In this document: piece by piece, positions 26,275 to 36,854 of the stretch
How the letters are laid out: the number at the start of each line of letters is the position of its first letter
How positions within the stretch are numbered: the stretch's first letter is position 1
NCBI GenBank assembly: GCA_004431415.1
Contig: QPMI01000099.1
Span: forward strand, 124,001-188,000
Direction: 5' to 3'
DNA from: Cyanophora paradoxa CCMP329
Taxonomy: Eukaryota > Plantae > Glaucophyta
DNA length: 64,000 bases
Translations under genes and position numbers: made by a program
The notes under the pieces: model-generated
The model's database searches: none
Told to the model about the DNA's origin: nothing
The model's input: only the letters and a program-made list of their open reading frames with translations

Positions 26275-29200
26275 ATGGACGTTACCCAGAATAATGCAGC
26301 GACTCGGCGCTTCCGGTTGGCCAGAATCAAAGACCAGATCGAAGCGCTCGCGATATCATTGTATAATCGACGCGTCATACATTGGGCCTTCAAAAATAAA
26401 TTGATTAGAATTTCAGCACAAGGCTCGAGAACACGTTTTGCAACGTTGGAAAAGTACGCTTCACTCTTGAACGAACTTGCAAGACTTCCTAGGTCAGCGC
26501 GTCCTGTGTCAGGTCGTCGACTAGAGCTAGCGATTGCTGAGGGCCAGGCCGACATTGTTCGAGGGTTCTCAGAATTACCTGAGGTTGACGGTGGAGATGA
26601 TGTTCAAATCAATGACAGCAATACGACTACAGCGCTTGACGGGCGATATGCGGAGTGGAAATACCAATTGCCTCGCGGTTCTGGCCGCGTAACCTCGATG
26701 CAAGCCCGATTTGAGAACAACGAACTTTTCAAACAGAACGCAATAGCATTCGTTAGCGCCCAGGTAAATCTTGCAGAGGCGGTAAGAATGGGCATTGCAC
26801 TACAAATCTCTGGATTAGCGGTATACAGAAAGCCAGAGACTGATACAACAATTGCAATCATTATTGAGCATCGCCGTTTCGATCGCATCGAGCCAGGGGC
26901 AAGCATCGAGACTGCTCTGCGCTCACAGCTGGAAGAACTAGACATTCTTGCGACAGAGAAAAGCAGGGATTCCTCAGTTTTCGACACATGGATACATCTG
27001 GTCTTTAAAACTGTGCGATACTTCCGCCGCATGGGTGGCCGTGGACGTAGGTTCACACTCCCGCGGTGGCTTGTGGAGAAGCAGGCACTCATCAATATCG
27101 ATGCTCCGAACAATGAATGCTTCAAGTATGCTGTACTTGCAGCTCAGCACGCGCTACGACCGGGCCAGGATTCACGCAGTGCTTGTCATTATCGACCGTA
27201 TGAGAGCTCTTTGGACTGCACTATGCTCACATTTCCCACCCCGCTAGATTCAAAGGTTTTCAAAAAGTTCGAGCAGGCTAACAACGTAAACCTATGTATT
27301 TATACGACAGCATTAGATGAACAGGACATTGTACCAATCCATATCAGCGCAGCAAAAGACGCAATACCAATCTTGTATGTACCTGCAGGCAGCGACAATG
27401 ATGTAGGGCATTATCTCTGGATCAAGAACATCTCACGTCTGTTTGGAAAACATGATTCTCCCGCCAAACACTATTGTCTTGCGTGTCAAACAGGTTTTAG
27501 CTCAGGTGCTGCGTTTGAAAATCATCTTAAATATGACCGTTGCCTCGATCGAGACGAGCATGCGAGAGATGTTCTGCCGAAAAAAGGAGCCCACATCCAG
27601 AAGTTTATTAACTATGAGTACTCAATCCGGCAACGTCTGGTCGGATATGCTGATTCAGAGACGATTACAATGCCAATTCCCTGCATTAGTGGAAAGACCG
27701 AAAAGAAAGGTGTGCATGTGATTGCTTCAGTCGGCTGTCTGGTTGTATCTTCGAAAGGTGAACAGTTTTGTTTCAAATACATGGGTTCGGAGAGCGAGGA
27801 CTGCGCTGAGAAGTTCGTGCAATGGTTGGACGAAATGGAACCACAATTTCGAGAGCTCTTGCGAGAGACTGCACCAATCCAGATTACTCAGGAAGAGGAG
27901 CAGCGTTTTCAAACGACGACCGAGTGCTACATGTGCAAGAACACGTTCAAGGATGCGAAAGACAAGCACCGTGATCACTGCCACGAATCTGGCCGATATT
28001 TCGGGGCTGCCTGCAGAGCTTGCAATCGACGCCGCGCGAAATCAGCTGCTGTTCCATTATTCTGGCACAACGGTCGAGGATTTGACTTCCACCTGCTCGT
28101 ACGTGCTCTAGCATCTGGCTATAACCGTCGTTTAGCAGCTTGGAAGGAGTTTCAAGCGCATGTCGAAAGCGAGTTTGAAAGCAAGTACGGTGGACGTGAG
28201 ATGACCCCAGAGCAGAAAAAGAAGGCGAAGAAGGGGCTCGAACGCCGACTCCGCCCACAGAGTCTCCTTTCGATAAAATTCGATCAGGTCTTTCAGAATA
28301 GCGAGCGAATTTCGCAGTTCAAGTATGGAATTTACGTTCTACGGGACTCGGCTCAGCACTTGAATGCGAGCTTGGACGACCTTGCAAAGGCTCTGCCCGC
28401 GGAAAAGAAGAAGATCACGCGCTCGCTGTATCTGGACGAGACTCGGTTCAAGCTGATGACTAGCAAAGGGATTTACCCTTATGATTACATGACGAGCTGG
28501 GCTCGCTTTCAGGAGTCTAAACTGCCTGCACGTCGTTATTTCAAAATCAGCTTAAACAGAAGAAATGCACGAAAGATGAGTACGCACATGCGAAGGCTGT
28601 TTGGCGAGAGCTCGGCTGCAGAACGCTATCAGGCTATACAATGGAGTATATGATGACAGATATCGCGTTACTAGCTGACGTGTTTGAAAACTATCGTGAT
28701 ACGTGTATTGAAACGTATGGCCTAGATCCTAGCTATTTTATGTCATCGCCGGGATTTGCTTGGCAGGCAGCACTTAAGCACACTGGAGTGAAGCTCGAGC
28801 TCTTTCACGAGGGGCAGCAGGATATGCACAGATTTATAGAATCCGGGATCAGGGGCGGAATCTCAATGATCTCAAAACGCTACGCACGAGCTGAGAACAA
28901 ATATTTGAGCATAAAGTTCAACAAGTACACCCACGCTGTTGAGCCTACAGTCTCACAGTCTACATGCATGTCTAACTACTACCGAACACACAAGGAATCG
29001 TGGCTCATGTACCTCGATGCAAACAACTTGTACGGCGTCGCAATGAAGCGCAAGCTACCCACAGGAGATTTCCGCTGGGATAAACTAGATCAAGACGTTG
29101 ATGTAATGCAGTACGTTGCAAGCCTTGACGCGGATGGAGCTCGTGGCTATGCTCTCGAAGTCGATATGTACATGCCTGAGCATCTCCATGACGAGTTCTC

Positions 29201-30332
29201 AGACTATCCGCTGGCCCCCGAACGGATGTGTGTGTCCAAGGAACACCTATCAAAGCGACAACAGGATATGATTAACGACGAGAAGCTTACCTCAGTTGAA
29301 CGAACTCCAAAGCTCGTTCCGAATCTGCTTCCAAAAAAGAATTATGTTGTTGATGGACGCTTGCTTCAGCTCTATACGTCACTGGGAATGATAGTAACCA
29401 ACATCCATCGGGTCCTATCGTACGAACAAAGCGCATGGCTAGGGCGTTTCATAGATCTCAATACTCAAAAACGTAAAGAATCGCAGTTCACATACCAGAA
29501 GGACCTTTACAAGTTGATGAACAACAGTGTCTTCGGAAAGACGATGGAGAACGTGAGAAAGCACTGCTTTTCAGAGCTTGTGACTTCGGGAGACCGTCTG
29601 GTGAAGATCAACAGCGAACCAAATCGGTTGAAGCAGGTGGTGATGTACGAAGAGAACCTTGTATTCGTTTCCAAGCGCAAAAGTGAGTACAATCTGAACA
29701 AACCTATCTACTGCGGGTTCGTCATCCTCGAACTTTCCAAGCTGCACATGTACCGCTTTTACTACCAGGTGCTCAAGCCGCTTTGGGGCCAGCGGCTGAC
29801 ACTATTAGGTACGGATACTGACAGTCTCATCATCGAGGTTCGCACCAAAGATATCTATGCTGATTTACGCTCAATCAAGCATGAGCTGGATGTTAGCGAC
29901 TACCCAGAGACACATCGATTCTTCGATGGCATGACAGCCGATGAGGTTCGAGCTCTACGATCGATGGGGAAAACTCCGGGATTATTCAAGGATGAGCTCC
30001 ATGGTCTGCAAATGACAGAGTGGATCGCTAACCGGCCGAAATCTTATTATTATTCGCGTGAAGATTCCACGGACAAGCAGGTATGCAAGGGTATTCAAAA
30101 GACGTACTACAACAGACTCACAAGGGATGTATTCTTCCGGTGCGTCTGTCCTAAAGAGGGAGAAAAGCAATCGTATGACATCAAAGGAATTCTCGGTTTC
30201 CGCTCGAAACTACATGAGATTTATTTACAACGAACCTCGCGTCAGGCTCTTCATCCCCTTGATACCAAACGCTTCCTCGAGACTGACGGGATCAACACCC
30301 GAGCGATTGGACATTATAAAAATCGCGCCTGA
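26275..30332 (+). CDS. polB: Protein-primed family B DNA polymerase (pPolB) polyprotein; one 1-bp frameshift at ~28543-28546
   Basis: Exonuclease motifs: YADSE, HNGRGFDFH, DIALLADVFE. Also KGIYPYDY. Polymerase motifs: YLDANNLYG, KLMNNSVFGK, TDTDS. Endonuclease-VII-like Zn insert CYMC..HRDHCH..GAACRACN. Polinton-type N-terminal segment LPRWL..ALINI..NNECF..GHY. ORFs 26275-28653 and 28641-30332 join if one A is added to TTCAAAAT, giving ..FKNQLKQKKCTKDEYAHAKAVW.. Confidence 0.95.
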
Positions 30333-30341
30333 TTTACAAAG

Positions 30342-31244
30342 ATGTACCAGATTACTGCGCCACCGGGTGTCTGGCAAATTGACGTATTATTTATTGGGAG
30401 ATTTCGCTTGTTTGCAGGAGTCGAGATTGCAACCCGCTTTGCTGTCGTCCGCAAGCTCGAGACCTTTAAGCAGCTTCCAAAAATGATTGCACAGCTGCCT
30501 GGAATCTGGGGTTTTTCTGGAGACAACGGTTTTAACACAGCAGCGATTCGGGCAATGGCTGCAGAGAACTCGTTAAAAATGCACACTGATGTGGCTAAGG
30601 ATGATCACATTTCAAAAGGAAACAAGCTGGGAATTATTGACAGGTTTGCGCGGACATTGCGAGCGTTGATCCAGGCAGACACCGAAGCACGTGGCTCACC
30701 GCATTTTCTGTCACGTTTGCCGGCAATTATTAAGGCGTACAATGAAACAGCCCACAGCTCTTTCGGCGGAGAGCACTCCCCAACATGGATGCGGGAAAAC
30801 TCGCAGGTTGCCGAGCAGTTGCATCAAGTGCGACAGCGACAGAACGATATCGAACGAGAGAATGCTAACTTGCCTAGACCAGGAACCGAAGTGCAAGTCC
30901 TGGAGCCGAAGCCAAGCGTGTTTGCAAAGGGTGTGGCGAAACCAAGCAAAGAGACGTATGTTGTTGCTGGCGCTGATAGAAATCGCATAAGGCTTATCAC
31001 TAAACAAGGCGTGGAGATTTCTAGGCGAGTAAAACCTTCCGAGTTTCGTGCTCCTCGTGAGCTGCCAGATCAGACAAAGATTAATCGCTCATCTGCTAGA
31101 GCAAAGCAAGAACGTCAGCTTATGCGCGAGGGATTGATTGAAACGAAAAAATACAGCGGCCAAAGCCGACAGGATCGTGAGCTAAAGAAGCTCGAGGTTG
31201 CAGGAGAGCCAAAGCTAAGAGCAGGGGCTAAGCAACGTCTCTAG
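30342..31244 (+). CDS. Retroviral-like (rve) integrase
   Basis: WQIDV..VEIATRF, SGDNGF, GIIDRFARTLR, KAYNETAHSS, followed by an SH3-like segment (PGTEVQVL..FAKG..SKETYVV) like that of Polinton integrases. Consistent with the short TSD. Confidence 0.88.
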   Translation: MYQITAPPGVWQIDVLFIGRFRLFAGVEIATRFAVVRKLETFKQLPKMIAQLPGIWGFSGDNGFNTAAIRAMAAENSLKMHTDVAKDDHISKGNKLGIIDRFARTLRALIQADTEARGSPHFLSRLPAIIKAYNETAHSSFGGEHSPTWMRENSQVAEQLHQVRQRQNDIERENANLPRPGTEVQVLEPKPSVFAKGVAKPSKETYVVAGADRNRIRLITKQGVEISRRVKPSEFRAPRELPDQTKINRSSARAKQERQLMREGLIETKKYSGQSRQDRELKKLEVAGEPKLRAGAKQRL

Positions 31245-31545
31245 CAAGGCATCTACGCGCAATTGCAGTCTTGTGGTACTCGCGGATCCGATCAGGATTC
31301 TCAGCTCGATACTTCGCTGTGATGGCAAGCTGTTTCAAGCGGTATGTTTCGTTTGAATGACGAAGCTTTCGATTACGCTCGGCATTCTTCCTTCTGCGCT
31401 CCGCTAGAATCTCTGGGGTGACCTCGATCGGTTTAGGCCCCTTCTTTTTCGGCTGGTATGGCTCCATTGTTAAAAGACGAACCTTAGGAGGTCGCCCACG
31501 TCCACGCTTTACCACAGTACAATCCGCAGTAATTGCAGAAGTCAT
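31228..31545 (-). CDS. Small basic DNA-binding protein with an AT-hook
   Basis: 105 aa with KRGRGRPPK AT-hook and a K/R-rich helical tail; ATG start; fits the compact viral gene packing. Confidence 0.65.
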   Translation of the reverse strand: MTSAITADCTVVKRGRGRPPKVRLLTMEPYQPKKKGPKPIEVTPEILAERRRKNAERNRKLRHSNETYRLKQLAITAKYRAENPDRIREYHKTAIARRCLARDVA

Positions 31546-31721
31546 TGCTCAGTTTGTCTCTCAATAATAAGACACATAAATCCTTTTAAGACAAATTAGC
31601 GCAACTTTTGGACGGCCACGCAAGCGTAGTCGTCAGACAATCAGACTCTCCTGCGGCCTGCGGAGCGCTGACTAAAAGATAATGCAATCTGTAGATGTAA
31701 CGAAAGCCGACTATTTTTTTA

Positions 31722-31934
31722 ATGGAACTTGAATTCGAAACGGTAGAGGAAGAGTTTAATCTCGAAGACTGCTGGCCTGGAAGAACTCACGAATCGCCTG
31801 ATCATCTGATTTCGTTCGGCATTTACAAGGGCACATCGTTCCTGTGGATTGCATCAGCAAAACCAGATTACACTGCTTGGTTGCTTAGGCAGGCTTGGCT
31901 ACCGGCTTTGATCGCGCTGCTTTCTTACGTGTAA
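31722..31934 (+). CDS. Small protein with FGxYKG..DYxxWL motif (DUF3820 / ExoX C-terminal-like)
   Basis: 70 aa; ISFGIYKGTSFLWIASAKPDYTAWLL resembles this short viral/phage domain. Confidence 0.55.
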   Translation: MELEFETVEEEFNLEDCWPGRTHESPDHLISFGIYKGTSFLWIASAKPDYTAWLLRQAWLPALIALLSYV

Positions 31935-32588
31935 AAACTTTGATAGAGCCGAAGTCACTCCAGACGATTTGTCAACAGAATAAACGCGGTCCGCGGTCGC
32001 AGCTTCATATATCAAAACCTGATACGAATGATTCAATTCAACGAAAAGACGCATTAGATCTGCTCGAGTCGCTCCGGCGTTGTATTCGTCGAAAACGCAG
32101 TTGAACTCTTTAACGTTTGAGAGAATTGATGAGAAACAGACGTACTCACAATTCCTTCGAACTGTAGGGCTGATTCCACAAAGACGTTGAGTGGTTACAA
32201 AAAGGCTCATGTTATAATGACGCCCACTAGTAAAAAGCTTTTGCATTAATCGGTCGCTGTGGACGTTCACAAGGTCATTATCGAGCAAATCATCTAGAAC
32301 GATTGCAATCTTGCGCTCATCTTTCTTGCGTCGCCTTTCTTTTTGTTGCTCTAGAAGACTCTCAACCAAAACTGGATCCCATTCTTCGTGAATATTGTTT
32401 GAGCGAGTCGTGTCGTCCCACTGTTCTGTAAATGCTGTGGTACTAAATACGAAGACGTCGTCTAGCTGCGGAGCTACTGCATTTAATACGTGTTTTACGT
32501 AGGTGCTTTTGCCCGAATTGGTGGGGCCGACAAACAAGAACCGTTTAGGCAGTTTTATTTCTGTAGGATCAAACAATTTGATATCCAT
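31899..32588 (-). CDS. A32-like (FtsK/HerA superfamily) genome-packaging ATPase
   Basis: Walker A GPTNSGKST, Walker B IAIVLDD, and the family motif LFTSGRHYNMSLFVTTQ..ISPTVRRN. Confidence 0.93.
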   Translation of the reverse strand: MDIKLFDPTEIKLPKRFLFVGPTNSGKSTYVKHVLNAVAPQLDDVFVFSTTAFTEQWDDTTRSNNIHEEWDPVLVESLLEQQKERRRKKDERKIAIVLDDLLDNDLVNVHSDRLMQKLFTSGRHYNMSLFVTTQRLCGISPTVRRNCEYVCFSSILSNVKEFNCVFDEYNAGATRADLMRLFVELNHSYQVLIYEAATADRVYSVDKSSGVTSALSKFLHVRKQRDQSR

Positions 32589-33818
32589 CTAGAAGTTACT
32601 TACCTTTAGAGTTGACATTTGATACGAGTTAATTACGAGAACATTGTGGCGCAGGACGTGGAAGTCGACAACTGCTGGCGCTGCGTTTGTGCAGCCGGTT
32701 ACAGTTAGCGAGCAGTAGCTGCTGCTGGAATTAAAGAAGTCTGTGTAGCCGAGGACAGCGTTATGCAGTGAGTCTTTGCCAGATTTCGAAAGCACAATCC
32801 CATAGACATTTCCGTCCTCGAAGCCAAGGGCTGAATTGCCAGTGGTTGCACCGCGGTATTGAGTTGGAATGTGATAGCAGCTCGAAACAAACCCTGATAT
32901 TGGCTTATTGCTGATGTCTAGAGTACGATTATTGTGCATGATCTCAAACGAATCGATTTTCAGCGCATTCCCGTTGCCAGCAAATGAATTGTGGTTGCGA
33001 GTGCCCAGGTGATTTGCATTTCGCACGGTCATCAGGATCGCGTGCACAAGGCCGCTGACGTTGGCAAGGGAGATTTCGACTGCATTCCCCGCGTCGTCAG
33101 TCTTTAACTGCCTTGAGCGCTTTGAAATAATCTCAGTGAAAGGAATTCGAATACCACCGCTCTCGTTTGCAGATTTAAGCATAGACTCAGCCTCTTCGCT
33201 AGGGATATTCACGAACTGGCAAACCAGGGCACAATCCGTTAGAGTTGCAACAGCACTAGCGACAGTTCCAACCACGCCAGCCGAACGGAAGTCAATTTCG
33301 ACGGTGGGCATGTCAGCCAGTGCGAGCAGCGGGAAGTACGAATTGTCCCAGAGCTGGGAGGGGATCTTTAGTACGTACTCGCGACTCGCATCGAGAATCT
33401 CAAGAGCCGCGTCCTTTCCAAAGCCGTAGCTGCTAGCAAAAGCCTGGGCGGATGCAACGCTATTATCGATGAGCGCGTTCACAGTAAGCCAGTCTCCGGG
33501 GATCACCATCTTGAAGGATCCATGAACAAAGCGCACGTTTTCAATAAATGCACCTGCGCCATTCGGCAGCACCGAGGCGGCCGCTCCGCCAGCGACGCTG
33601 ACCTTAAAGTATAGCGAGACACCGTTTAAAAGCTGCTTGCGCGGAAGGTCGAAAGCGGCAGTCTGCGCGAAGCCGTACGAGTTGCCTCGCGGACGGATCG
33701 TTTCAAGGAAAGGCTTGAACTTGGGGCTGACACCGACAGTGAGACCTGGGGATAGATAAAGCTCGCTTGAACCTTTGGTAGTGAGGAGCTCCTTTAGAGT
33801 TGTTCCTGCTTGCGCCAT
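32589..33818 (-). CDS. Putative double jelly-roll major capsid protein
   Basis: 409 aa, beta-rich, abutting the ATPase. N-terminal GFAQTAAFDLPRKQLLNGVSLYF, and YFPLLAL..VEIDF, resemble DJR MCP motifs of NCLDV/PLV type. Confidence 0.75.
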   Translation of the reverse strand: MAQAGTTLKELLTTKGSSELYLSPGLTVGVSPKFKPFLETIRPRGNSYGFAQTAAFDLPRKQLLNGVSLYFKVSVAGGAAASVLPNGAGAFIENVRFVHGSFKMVIPGDWLTVNALIDNSVASAQAFASSYGFGKDAALEILDASREYVLKIPSQLWDNSYFPLLALADMPTVEIDFRSAGVVGTVASAVATLTDCALVCQFVNIPSEEAESMLKSANESGGIRIPFTEIISKRSRQLKTDDAGNAVEISLANVSGLVHAILMTVRNANHLGTRNHNSFAGNGNALKIDSFEIMHNNRTLDISNKPISGFVSSCYHIPTQYRGATTGNSALGFEDGNVYGIVLSKSGKDSLHNAVLGYTDFFNSSSSYCSLTVTGCTNAAPAVVDFHVLRHNVLVINSYQMSTLKVSNF

Positions 33819-33862
33819 TTGCTATTATAGACCAGAAAATTTTCATGCATATTGTTGTAAAG

Positions 33863-34740
33863 ATGAAGCTCCGCGTAAATGTCGATTCTAGGGACCGTTT
33901 CGAAGGCACGTCCTCAAATTTCAAGATCAATCTCCCAAGGCCCCTCGTTAATGTGAAGTCGGTGCGAGTCGATTCGCTAGAGCTCTTCCATAACATGTTC
34001 AACCTGTCAACACAAGCCGCAATTATCACCGGCACCCTTGATCCCTCTGGCGTTGAGAAAACGCGTGCTAATGCTTTCAAGCCCGGAGTCTATACGCCAA
34101 CCTCCCTTGCAAACTATCTAAGTACGCTGCTTAAAACTCAGCAGTATAGTTACGGTGGAACTACTTATCAGCGCAAGTTCGTCGTTCAATTTGAAGAGAT
34201 CTCAATGCGGCTTAGGTTCCTGTCCGAAGCGGATTTTATTTTGAGTTTCACATCGGCCGAACTAGCGAACCTGCTCGGGTTTGCGAAGACTCTCAGTGAC
34301 CTTTCCAGTGAGCTTGACACACCTGAGACAATCGATGGCGTGCAATATTCGTACGAGCTGTTCAGCGATATGCCAGTTGATCTACTTTATCACACGTATT
34401 TGTTCCTGTACATTCAGCAGATCAAAGGCTCGATCTTGACACTTAACCCTATACAACGGGCTCGATCGCAAAGATTCACATCGACTCAAAATTCGGGGAG
34501 CTCATCAAGTTCACATCTGAGGATCGTGTTCCCGTCACAGGCTTCGATCGAAACGCTGAGCTGTCTGAACTTGACATATCGCTGCGCTATCATAATGGAA
34601 CAGACGCTGTCACAAACACGGAGTTCTCGTTCGTGCTAGAGTTCGATATCGAGGATGTCTCTTACACGTCTGCTGCTGCTAAATCCGCAATCAAGAATGC
34701 AGCCAGCGAGTACGTCCCCTTCGACAGATCGTTCGCATAA
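33863..34740 (+). CDS. Putative minor capsid (penton, single jelly-roll) protein; 1-bp frameshift at ~34445
   Basis: N-terminus VDSRDR..SNFKINLPRPLVNVKSVRV. After the shift the frame reads IAKIHI..LSELDISLRYHNG..EFSFVLEF to TAA at 34738-34740. Both ends are typical of penton-like proteins. Confidence 0.75.
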
Positions 34741-34765
34741 GTTTTTTCCCACTACTAGTTAAAAG

Positions 34766-35440
34766 ATGTCGACAGACAAGCAGTCTCGGCTGCGCACTCC
34801 GCGAAAGAAGTCGACAGACATGCAGTCTCGGCTGCGCACTCCGCAGCTTGAAGTCGCTTCCAGCCCTACTAAGAAGAATCACATCGAGTTCTTGAGTGGT
34901 GATACTAGTGCTTACCCGCTAGTCCGTCGCGCTGGTGGCGGTGAGGGTGCATCCAACGACTATGCTCTTACCGCCGACGAGAACGCTATTCTTGATAAGA
35001 TCCCGAATTCGCGGACTAAGAAGACCAAGACTAGCAAACTGAAGGATACTGACGATGGGCCGCTGTACATCTCAGAGACGGCTAATCGTAGCAGGTATTT
35101 CATTAAAACTGTGACCGGTCTTAAAACAGTTTCAAAGAAGCGAGCTAGTGATCTTATAGCTGGCATCGCGGCTGAGACTATGATGGAGAACAAGGTTTTA
35201 AATGAACCTATTACTAAGACCAAGATTGATAAGAAGGTCTCTCCTCCTGCAGCTGCTGTTCCTGCTAAGACGATCGTTGCGATCCCCGATGTCGATGAGA
35301 ATGCTAGCGAATTACCCGTAGCTAACGCATCAATCCTGCGCATCGCCTCTAGCAGTGCTGATCCTGTCGGGCCGGCGATCGAGTACAAGCCAATGCTGAG
35401 CGGCTTCACTAAGCTAGGGCTCCGGCATCGCTGGGAGTGA
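34766..35440 (+). CDS. Hypothetical viral protein, basic, with duplicated N-terminal STDxQSRLRTP repeat
   Basis: 224-aa ORF preceded by AAAAGATG, like the other viral starts; a direct repeat with a 42-bp period at its 5' end. Confidence 0.7.
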   Translation: MSTDKQSRLRTPRKKSTDMQSRLRTPQLEVASSPTKKNHIEFLSGDTSAYPLVRRAGGGEGASNDYALTADENAILDKIPNSRTKKTKTSKLKDTDDGPLYISETANRSRYFIKTVTGLKTVSKKRASDLIAGIAAETMMENKVLNEPITKTKIDKKVSPPAAAVPAKTIVAIPDVDENASELPVANASILRIASSSADPVGPAIEYKPMLSGFTKLGLRHRWE

Positions 35441-36031
35441 CCGCTCCATAGCTGACTACATGTAAACGCATACGCAAATACATTTATATTCGATTTATAG
35501 TACTGCTAATAACACTACAGTAGGCGATCTGACAAGGCACAACGTTTTGACCCCGTAAACCGTGGTTTCTCGCGACAGAGATCGGATTGGACTGAGCCGC
35601 TGTGTATGCTATAGTTTCATGATCTATAATTACGAAATCCGCAGCAAGCGCGTTCAGACGCCGCAGCGTTGATGAGATCTTTAATCGTCGGGTTTGACGA
35701 TTAAGATGTATGGCGGCTTGACCTCAGCACAGAAGCGCGCCAGGCGCCGGCCAAAGCGTACGCATGCTAAGTATGATGCGGAAGAACGATAAAGCAAGTC
35801 TCCAGCGCTGGGCACCGCAGCAGTTCCGAGCTTGTGAACGTTTCGCCCTGAGACGTTCACCCTAGCCGGCTCGAGCTTGACGGCTAAATCTCCGGCTTGG
35901 TGTTCGGCTTGAAGCTTGAGGTTAGACTGCGGTTAGACCGTGGTTCGGCTGCGGTTAGAGCGGTGTCGTCGGCGGTTATACGCGTGTGGTTAGACGCCTT
36001 TCGTACGTGTGAGCGCGGTTAGCACGGTTAG

Positions 36032-36535
36032 ATGAACGAAAGGACAAGTTTCTCAGAAGCTTCCTCGACTTCGGCCGACTTGGCAGGAGCCCCAGAAGCT
36101 GCAGCTAGCACGTCCACGGTGGAACGCCAGTACAAGACATCACCCGCGCAGCGCGCAGCTGTAGCCAGGTATCGCGCGACAGAGGCAGGCAAAGTGACGA
36201 GAGAGCGCGAGAAGGAGAGCCGCCGCACTCGAGCGCGGAAAGATAAAGCTATGCCATCCAGCGACAAGCAGCTTGCAACATCGCGCGCAGCCGTACCTGC
36301 AGGCCCGCGCATTCAGAACCAACTCCAGGCGCATCACGTCCAGGCACAGATCATAGCCTTCGAGCAGCTCTTCTCGGAGTGGTTCCCTGCAGCAGCATCG
36401 TACTTCAACGATGTCTTAGCACTCAAGCAATGTCTTTGGAACAAGGGCTGCAAGGTTCGCCCGGCGGCCTCCGCTCGCTTGACGCATGCACATGGACAGT
36501 GGCTGATTGCTTGCAACTTTGCAGAGCATGGATGA
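36032..36535 (+). CDS. Hypothetical viral protein with a basic helical segment
   Basis: 167-aa ATG ORF; YKTSPAQRAAVARYRATEAGKVTREREKESRR looks like a DNA-binding helix. Confidence 0.5.
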   Translation: MNERTSFSEASSTSADLAGAPEAAASTSTVERQYKTSPAQRAAVARYRATEAGKVTREREKESRRTRARKDKAMPSSDKQLATSRAAVPAGPRIQNQLQAHHVQAQIIAFEQLFSEWFPAAASYFNDVLALKQCLWNKGCKVRPAASARLTHAHGQWLIACNFAEHG

Positions 36536-36710
36536 ATACAACATCATGATGGAGCGCCTGGAAAGCACCATGGGCTCGTTCAAGCAAGCGCGCGCGTCTC
36601 TTCTTACCTACCTTCAACAGGCCCAGCTGCAGCAGCAGGCGCAGGTGCAGGCGCAGGTGCAGGCGCAGGTGCAGGCGCAGGTGCAGGCGGAGGCGCATGC
36701 GCAGGCCTAG
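36528..36710 (+). CDS. Small Q/A-rich viral protein (QAQV repeats)
   Basis: ATG at 36528 overlaps the previous stop; contains a 12-bp tandem repeat CAGGCGCAGGTG. Confidence 0.4.
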   Translation: MDEYNIMMERLESTMGSFKQARASLLTYLQQAQLQQQAQVQAQVQAQVQAQVQAEAHAQA

Positions 36711-36854
36711 GCGCAGGCGCAGGCTTAGCTATAGCCGCAGTTAACACCTAGATAGACCTCAAGCTAGAGCTGGATTGCGTTTCGGCAGTTAGCTTCTCTG
36801 TACACATCAATCACGTCTAGCTTATTCCGATAGAGAGCTCTAGGAGGTCTCTGC

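Noticed and set aside
28536-28550. Programmed ribosomal frameshift in pPolB
   Set aside because: There is no canonical X XXY YYZ slippery site; a 1-bp loss in an A run explains it more simply.
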